Both the position numbers and the translations under genes were made by a program. From NCBI GenBank assembly GCA_963980225.1, contig CAXBYW010000002.1, forward strand, positions 103,582-167,581: DNA of 64,000 nucleotides, written 5' to 3'. The notes under the pieces are model-generated. The model worked only from the letters and a program-made list of their open reading frames with translations, was not told where the DNA came from and searched no databases. Origin of the DNA: an uncultured bacterium (GTDB taxonomy: Bacteria; Patescibacteriota; Microgenomatia; UBA1400; MFAQ01). Positions 58,176-64,000 of the stretch are shown one piece after another (position 1 is the first letter of the stretch; every line of letters starts with the position of its first letter).

Positions 58176-58661
58176 ATGGATAAAAAAATAATAGCAGGTA
58201 TCGTGTTTGGAGTTTTGGTCTTGTTGGGAGGAACTGTCTTTTTGGCTACAAAAGTAAGTTCTCCTGCACAAATAGAGATGGTTCAAGGTGCTATGGTGGA
58301 AGTTGGTGAAACCGCATGGGAGTGGGGAGATATAGGAATAAGTGATGGTAAGGTAGAAAAAGAGTTTGAGATAAGGAACACCGGTTCTGAAACATTAAAA
58401 CTTTTTAATGTTGCTACTTCTTGTATGTGTACTACTGCAATGTTTGTAGATGATGAAAGTCGTATTTTTGGAATGCACACCAAGTCTGGCTATGCAAAAG
58501 AAGTCCCGGCAGGAGAAAGTGTTAAGGTCAGAGTGGTTTTTGATCCACTGTTTCATGGCCCAGATGGAGTTGGTCCTATTAGTCGTCAGGTTACCATGAT
58601 GACTAACGATTCTGAAAATAGCCAGTTAAGTTTTATGCTTACCGCTACGGTTAGAAAATAA
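58176..58661 (+). CDS. DUF1573-like membrane-anchored beta-sandwich protein
   Basis: N-terminal TM, CMC motif, 161 aa; copper-cluster context. Confidence 0.5.
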   Translation: MDKKIIAGIVFGVLVLLGGTVFLATKVSSPAQIEMVQGAMVEVGETAWEWGDIGISDGKVEKEFEIRNTGSETLKLFNVATSCMCTTAMFVDDESRIFGMHTKSGYAKEVPAGESVKVRVVFDPLFHGPDGVGPISRQVTMMTNDSENSQLSFMLTATVRK

Positions 58662-58682
58662 TAATTATTAATATATTAAAGA

Positions 58683-59615
58683 ATGAATAAAAAAATAAAG
58701 AAAGTAATGCCAGTATTTATCATATTAATAGCTGTCTTAGGTGTGTCTATTGTCTGGGCAAGTTTGTTTGACGTTAAAATAAAAGCAAGTGACGGCTTAG
58801 TATCTTTGGTAAATCGAATTTACCCTACACCCACTCCCCTACCAGAACCAAGTATAGAAAACTTAGAAGTAGCAGTAGTACCAGAAGAAGGTTATGAAGT
58901 GAAGATCAACTGGGGTGATACGGGTAAGAAGCTGGTGAAGGCTGGTGGGATTGATATGGGTAAATTTGAGAAGAATTACTCGACTCCTAACTACGCGGAA
59001 CTTATGTCTTACTTAACTGAGAGTAAGGATAAGGGAATTAATATAAACAAAGAAAGCTCGTATTTTTGGGTAAACACTCTGTGGGCCCTGGGGTTAACGC
59101 AAAATTCCAAGGTGCTTTCTGAAGGGATTATGGGTACGGAGTATAAAGATAGACTGGCTAATTTTGCTTCTACTGGAGGCTGGACCTTGGGATCTAAGGC
59201 GGCAGTAGACCTTTATAGTTCTAGCAATATTCTTGATTTGGATGAGGCAGAGCAAGAGATGGTGAGTGAGATCACTTCTAATATATATAGACCTTGTTGT
59301 GGTAATCCCACCTCTTTCCCTGACTGTAACCACGGTATGGCTATTTTAGGATTAGTTGAGTTAATGGTAGACCAAGGTTTTAGTGAGGATGAGATTTACA
59401 AAGCCTCGCTGATGTTTAATTCGTACTGGTTCCCCCAGACATATATTGATCTGGCCTATTACTTCCAGACCGAAGAAAATACGTTGTGGGAAGAGTTAGA
59501 TGCTAAAGAGCTCTTGTCAGCTCAGTATAGTTCTGCACCCGGTTATCAGGCAATTAAAGAAAAAATAGGTGATGTTCCGGGAACGGAATCTAGAGGTGGA
59601 AGTTGTGGAGCTTAA
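58683..59615 (+). CDS. membrane-anchored Cys-rich hypothetical protein
   Basis: N-terminal TM, CCGNPTSFPDCNHG, 310 aa. Confidence 0.45.
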   Translation: MNKKIKKVMPVFIILIAVLGVSIVWASLFDVKIKASDGLVSLVNRIYPTPTPLPEPSIENLEVAVVPEEGYEVKINWGDTGKKLVKAGGIDMGKFEKNYSTPNYAELMSYLTESKDKGININKESSYFWVNTLWALGLTQNSKVLSEGIMGTEYKDRLANFASTGGWTLGSKAAVDLYSSSNILDLDEAEQEMVSEITSNIYRPCCGNPTSFPDCNHGMAILGLVELMVDQGFSEDEIYKASLMFNSYWFPQTYIDLAYYFQTEENTLWEELDAKELLSAQYSSAPGYQAIKEKIGDVPGTESRGGSCGA

Positions 59616-59630
59616 AAAATATAAAAAATT

Positions 59631-60344
59631 ATGAAAAACAAAATACTGTTGGTTTTAGGGTTAGTAGGGATACTAGGAGTTTGGTCTTTGAAAAAAACTA
59701 GTAAACTTCAAGACTCGTCTCCTAAGGTTGTTTCTTTGCAGTCACAAGACTTTGATGAATTGGTCGCTAGCAAAGATGTGTTCTTATTGGATGTTCACAC
59801 ACCAGAACAAAAACATATTGCAGGAACCGATGCTTTCATTCCCTATGATGACATAAAGGGAGGGTTGGGGCAGTTACCTGAGGATAAAAGTACCCCGATC
59901 TTGGTTTACTGTAGATCTGGTTCTATGAGCAAAAGCGCAAGTAAGGATTTGGTGGAGTTAGGTTATAGCGAGGTTTATGACTTGGTGGGTGGGATTAATG
60001 CATATAGGGAAACCCATGTTGGAGTAACTTTAATGCCAGAGACAGTTGAATTGGGAGAAGTGATTTACAAAGATGGAGCAAGTACAGAGTTTGTTTTGAC
60101 TAACAATACTCCCAATGAACTAAAAATAGAGAGAGTTACTGGGTCGTGTGCTTGCACCCAGCCAAGTATAGAAAAGGATGTCTTGGCTCCGTATGAGTCT
60201 ACTATCATTAAGGTTAAATTTGAACCTTCTGTTCATAAGGATGACTCGGATATAGGAGACTTAGTAAGACTGGTGTTTGTAGACACAGATAATGAGAATT
60301 TTGAGCACCTGGTAGGTAAGATTACGGCAAAAGTAGTAAAGTAA
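59631..60344 (+). CDS. rhodanese-domain protein with DUF1573-like C-terminal domain
   Basis: active-site loop LVYCRSGSMS, C-terminal CAC motif, N-terminal TM. Confidence 0.65.
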   Translation: MKNKILLVLGLVGILGVWSLKKTSKLQDSSPKVVSLQSQDFDELVASKDVFLLDVHTPEQKHIAGTDAFIPYDDIKGGLGQLPEDKSTPILVYCRSGSMSKSASKDLVELGYSEVYDLVGGINAYRETHVGVTLMPETVELGEVIYKDGASTEFVLTNNTPNELKIERVTGSCACTQPSIEKDVLAPYESTIIKVKFEPSVHKDDSDIGDLVRLVFVDTDNENFEHLVGKITAKVVK

Positions 60345-60350
60345 TATTAG

Positions 60351-62531
60351 ATGATAAAAAAAAGTTTTTCGATTGTTGGAATGCACTGTGCTGGTTGTGC
60401 GTCGACTTTAACTAAAGCTATTGGTAAGGTTAAGGGTGTGAGTGAGGTACAGGTAACCTACGCCACTGATAAGGCTATTATTGCTTATGATGAGAAGAAG
60501 ATAGACTGGGAGGCTTTAAAAAAAGCGGTAGAAAGTGTAGGGAGCTACAAAATTGTTTTGGATGAGGAAAGAAAACATGAAGATCATGGAAACAACAAAA
60601 GACACGATCACGGTCAGATGTTGGCTGAGGACAAGTTCAAGACGTTACGGTATAAGGTGATTGTTTCTTTAGGTATATTCGCTATATTGTTTATTGGTTC
60701 TTTATTGGGTTGGATGTCGATGCAAGTAGCTTTTGTTTTGACAACAATAGTAATGTTTTATTCTGGAAGTGAGTTTTTTGTTAATGCCTGGGCTGGACTT
60801 TTAAATAAATCAGCTAATATGGATACCTTGGTGGCTATGGGGACGGGTTCTGCTTATGTCTACTCTGCCCTATCTGGAGTAATGTACTTTGAGACCGCTG
60901 TGGCGATTGTAGGACTTGTTTTGCTGGGGAGATATCTAGAGGCCAAAGCGAAGCTAAAGGCGGGTCAAGATATAAAAGAACTGCTTAAACTGCAGGCAAA
61001 AGAGGCAGTGTTGCTAGTTAACGGTAAGGAAGTTATGGTGGCGGTAGAAAACTTGAAATTAGGTGATGTTTTAGTGATAAAGCCAGGTAGTAAAGTAGCA
61101 GTAGATGGAGTAGTAATAGAAGGAAGTTCTTACATAGACGAGTCTCTGGTAACGGGAGAGAGTAAGCCAGTCAAAAAGAAAAAAGGAGACAAGCTTATTG
61201 GAGGTACGATTAACTTTAAAGGAAGGTTAATAATGAAGGTAACCCAAGTAGGAGCAGACACGGTCCTATCTAAGATTGCCACCATGGTCCAGGAAGCACA
61301 GAACAGTCAGGCTCCGATTCAGAAGTTGGCGGACAAGGTTTCTTCTATATTTGTACCTGTGGTGATACTCTTGGCGCTTAGCTCTTTTATGGTTTGGTAC
61401 TTTGTTTTGGGAGCTAGTTTTAGTACGGCCTTGACCTTTTTTATTACGGTGTTAATTATTTCTTGTCCATGTGCATTGGGTCTAGCCACTCCTATTGCTA
61501 TTATGGTGGGTACCGGAAGAGGAGCTTCTTTGGGGATCTTGATTAAGACGGCAGAGAAATTGCAGATAGCGGGTAAGGTTGATACTTTGGTGTTTGACAA
61601 GACAGGGACATTGACTAAAGGTAACTTTGTGGTAACTAATGTACTGGGAGTAAGTCCAGACTGGAGCAGAAAGAAATTACTTAAGCTAGCAGCTGGAATA
61701 GAAATAGGATCTGAACATCCGGTAGCAATGGCTATTTTAGAAGAGTCCGGAAAGATGAAGTTAGACAGACTAACGGGCTTTCAGGCCATAGAAGGAATGG
61801 GTGTAGAGGGAAAGTTATCGGACAAGAAAGTGGTGGTAGGAAATAAAAAATTGATGGATAAAAAAAGATACGTAATATCTAAAGACTTACACCTTAAGGG
61901 TGGGAAAATGATGAGTGAAGGAAAGACTGTGGTCTATGTGGGATTTGAAGGAGAAGTGGTTGGGGTGATGGCTTTAGCAGATGAGGCTAAGGAAGAAGCC
62001 CAGAAGACGGTTAAAGACCTGCAAATGAAAGACATTGATGTGTGGATGATGACTGGAGATAATGAAGAAACAGCTAAGGGAGTAGCAAAAAATTTGGGAA
62101 TTAAAAATGTATTGTTTGAGGTTTTACCTAAAGATAAAGTGAGTGAGATAAAGAAACTTCAGGATAAAGGAAAGCTTGTAGCAATGGTGGGAGATGGGGT
62201 GAATGACGCTCCGGCTTTGGCAAAGGCAGATATAGGGATGGCTATGGCAACTGGTACAGAGGTAGCTATGGAGACAGCGGATATATCTTTGGTTAGAGGT
62301 AAAGTAGAGCTAGTGAACCAAGCACTTCTACTGTCTAAGAAGACCATGAGGGTGATTTCCCAGAACTTGTTTTGGGCATTTGGGTACAACGTCCTACTTA
62401 TTCCGGTAGCTGCCGGGCTATTTGCACCTTTAGGAGTTAAGGTCTCCCCTATTTTGGCATCTGGAGCGATGGCGTTTTCTTCATTGTCTGTTGTCTTGAA
62501 TTCCTTGAGATTAAGAAGAATTAAGTTGTAG
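60351..62531 (+). CDS. copA: copper-translocating P1B-type ATPase
   Basis: N-terminal HMA GMHCAGC, CPC, DKTGTLT, GDGVNDAP; 726 aa. Confidence 0.9.
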   Translation: MIKKSFSIVGMHCAGCASTLTKAIGKVKGVSEVQVTYATDKAIIAYDEKKIDWEALKKAVESVGSYKIVLDEERKHEDHGNNKRHDHGQMLAEDKFKTLRYKVIVSLGIFAILFIGSLLGWMSMQVAFVLTTIVMFYSGSEFFVNAWAGLLNKSANMDTLVAMGTGSAYVYSALSGVMYFETAVAIVGLVLLGRYLEAKAKLKAGQDIKELLKLQAKEAVLLVNGKEVMVAVENLKLGDVLVIKPGSKVAVDGVVIEGSSYIDESLVTGESKPVKKKKGDKLIGGTINFKGRLIMKVTQVGADTVLSKIATMVQEAQNSQAPIQKLADKVSSIFVPVVILLALSSFMVWYFVLGASFSTALTFFITVLIISCPCALGLATPIAIMVGTGRGASLGILIKTAEKLQIAGKVDTLVFDKTGTLTKGNFVVTNVLGVSPDWSRKKLLKLAAGIEIGSEHPVAMAILEESGKMKLDRLTGFQAIEGMGVEGKLSDKKVVVGNKKLMDKKRYVISKDLHLKGGKMMSEGKTVVYVGFEGEVVGVMALADEAKEEAQKTVKDLQMKDIDVWMMTGDNEETAKGVAKNLGIKNVLFEVLPKDKVSEIKKLQDKGKLVAMVGDGVNDAPALAKADIGMAMATGTEVAMETADISLVRGKVELVNQALLLSKKTMRVISQNLFWAFGYNVLLIPVAAGLFAPLGVKVSPILASGAMAFSSLSVVLNSLRLRRIKL

Positions 62532-62533
62532 TG

Positions 62534-62617
62534 TGGTCCGGGCGGGAATCGAACCCGCACGAGATTGCTCTCAAGAGATTTTAAGTCTCTCGTGTATACC
62601 AATTTCACCACCGGACC
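62534..62617 (-). tRNA. tRNA-Leu (TAA)
   Basis: ggtccggtggtgaaattggtatacac, long variable arm, anticodon loop ctTAAaa. Confidence 0.8.
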
Positions 62618-62635
62618 TGTTGATGATATTTTACC

Positions 62636-63076
62636 CTATGTTCGGTTCTTGTTGGAGCGTTTGACTACTTTGGCGGTATAGACGATCTCCCTGACTTGCC
62701 CTTCTTCGTCTTCTAGTTGGTTGGTACCCGAGAGCTTGCCGTAGTTTTGTAGGTGGTTAGATAGGGTGTCTCTCATGGTTCTTAGTTGTCCTTGACCATC
62801 CTTAACGTCTGCGTATATTTTTTCGACTTCTGGTTGTCTAATTATTCTAGCTTTCTCCTCTTGTTTTTTCTTACTTAACTCTTTGGCTTGTTTGGCTGCT
62901 TCTTGGTAGTTGGGATCATTTTCTAGATTACTCTCCAGCATTTCCTTTTTACTTCTTAAGATTTCTTGGTGTTTCTCGATCTTGTCGATGTAGTTTAGAA
63001 CCAATCCTTCTAGAGCGACTAGGTCTGCGGCAGGATTACTGTTGTCTATGGTTGTCTGGTTGTCTGGTGTGGTCAC
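62636..63076 (-). CDS. hypothetical coiled-coil protein
   Basis: 146-aa ORF. Confidence 0.45.
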   Translation of the reverse strand: MTTPDNQTTIDNSNPAADLVALEGLVLNYIDKIEKHQEILRSKKEMLESNLENDPNYQEAAKQAKELSKKKQEEKARIIRQPEVEKIYADVKDGQGQLRTMRDTLSNHLQNYGKLSGTNQLEDEEGQVREIVYTAKVVKRSNKNRT

Positions 63077-63171
63077 AAGGAGTAACTATAGTGGGGGAAA
63101 CGACTTGAATCAAGGGTTAATTTTAATCCAAGACTAGACTTTAATTGTGAACGTAGTTAAACTGAAAGAAG

Positions 63172-64000
63172 ATGAAAAATTTGAGAAACTCTTTTTTAGC
63201 GAGAGTGATTTTTGTTATGGTGGTTGTTTCTTTGGTGTTTGAGCCTTTACTTTCTTTTGTCTTTCCTCCTGAAATTTATGCATATCTAGCTACCGGTGGA
63301 ACTATTACCACGAGTGGAGAGTATGTGATTCATACTTTTACTAGTAGTGGGACCTTTACTCCAGGAAACTCTGTGAATGTTGAATATCTTGTAGTTGCTG
63401 GTGGCGGTGGTGGTGGCTGGGCTTATGGCGGTGGTGGCGGTGGTGGCGGTGTACTTGAAGGTGTGGGTAGAGTTATTTCTTCTGGCGGCAAACCTGTCGT
63501 AGTTGGAAGCGGTGGTTCAGGTGGGTGGCGCGATAACCACTTAGCTACAAGTGGTGAGGATTCAACCTTTGACGGATTGACAGCCGAAGGTGGTGGACAC
63601 GGTGGTGATTCCCGAACTACTGCCGGATCTACTGGTGATTCTGGAGGTACCGGTGGTGGTGCACGTGATGGTGCTGGCGCTGGTGGGGCAGGCTCTCAAG
63701 GCGGCAATGGTGGAACAGGTGGATCTGAAGATGGTTATCAAGGTGCCGGTGGTGGTGGTATGGGGCAAAATGGATACTCCAATACTTACGGAAGTGACTT
63801 AAGGGCTCACGGTGGAGACGGCATCGCCAATGATATCTCAGGCGTATCCACATATTATGGTGGTGGTGGTGGTGCTGGAGAGTATTCAGCAGACCCATAC
63901 GGAGCAGGACTTGGTGGGCTCGGCGGCGGCGGCAATGGTTCCAGGTACAGCGGTACTGACGGTGAAGCCAATACGGGTGGTGGTGGTGGTTCTGCTGGAT
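63172..64000 (+). CDS. glycine-rich repeat surface protein (partial; runs off window end)
   Basis: ATG at 63172, N-terminal TM VIFVMVVVSLVF, long GGGGxGG tracts, no stop before window end; short ORFs inside on both strands are artefacts of the GC-rich repeats. Confidence 0.6.
   Translation, partial: MKNLRNSFLARVIFVMVVVSLVFEPLLSFVFPPEIYAYLATGGTITTSGEYVIHTFTSSGTFTPGNSVNVEYLVVAGGGGGGWAYGGGGGGGGVLEGVGRVISSGGKPVVVGSGGSGGWRDNHLATSGEDSTFDGLTAEGGGHGGDSRTTAGSTGDSGGTGGGARDGAGAGGAGSQGGNGGTGGSEDGYQGAGGGGMGQNGYSNTYGSDLRAHGGDGIANDISGVSTYYGGGGGAGEYSADPYGAGLGGLGGGGNGSRYSGTDGEANTGGGGGSAG

Noticed and set aside
63562-63898. Three short His/Val-rich ORFs on both strands
   Set aside because: Artefacts of the GGT/GGC-rich repeat inside the glycine-rich gene read in other frames.

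Overview
The window reads like a reduced, low-GC genome with Candidate Phyla Radiation (Patescibacteria) character: a pilin array with no secretin gene, shortened aminoacyl-tRNA synthetases and a dense tRNA cluster; this assignment is inference. 1-12.8 kb is a type IV pilus locus (pilB-pilT-pilC-pilin-pilD, seven more tandem pilin-like genes, pilM/N/O-like). 12.8-27.3 kb is a housekeeping block: KH protein, rpsP, rnc, nusB, an untracked rpmF, recG, class A PBP, pheT/pheS, rplT-rpmI-infC-thrS, tig-like, and tRNA-Val, Leu, Arg, Pro and His. 27.4-40.5 kb is a mosaic accessory region inserted in the tRNA cluster. It holds two large serine recombinases and single-gene cassettes separated by a repeated ~60-nt element, and the tRNA-His 3' flank is duplicated after the first cassette. 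It also holds a UMP-kinase fused to a degenerate DnaB C-terminal domain. 40.5-44.6 kb carries HD, alpha/beta-hydrolase, NUDIX, HIT and epimerase-like genes, each behind a copy of a ~135-nt repeat, followed by typA. After tRNA-Gly (47.8 kb) a serine-recombinase 3' remnant marks a decayed integrative island. The island carries a Pif1-like helicase, a HEPN protein, an HExxH+vWA protein and a MoxR-like AAA+ ATPase. The ATPase C-terminal lectin-like (FGE-sulfatase-like) segment is the variable repeat of a diversity-generating retroelement (DGR). Its template repeat lies 460 bp downstream and every internal mismatch sits at a template adenine. An Avd-like four-helix-bundle gene and a truncated reverse transcriptase follow. 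The window ends with a copper module (ArsR-TRASH regulator, DUF1573, rhodanese, CopA), tRNA-Leu and a glycine-rich surface protein.
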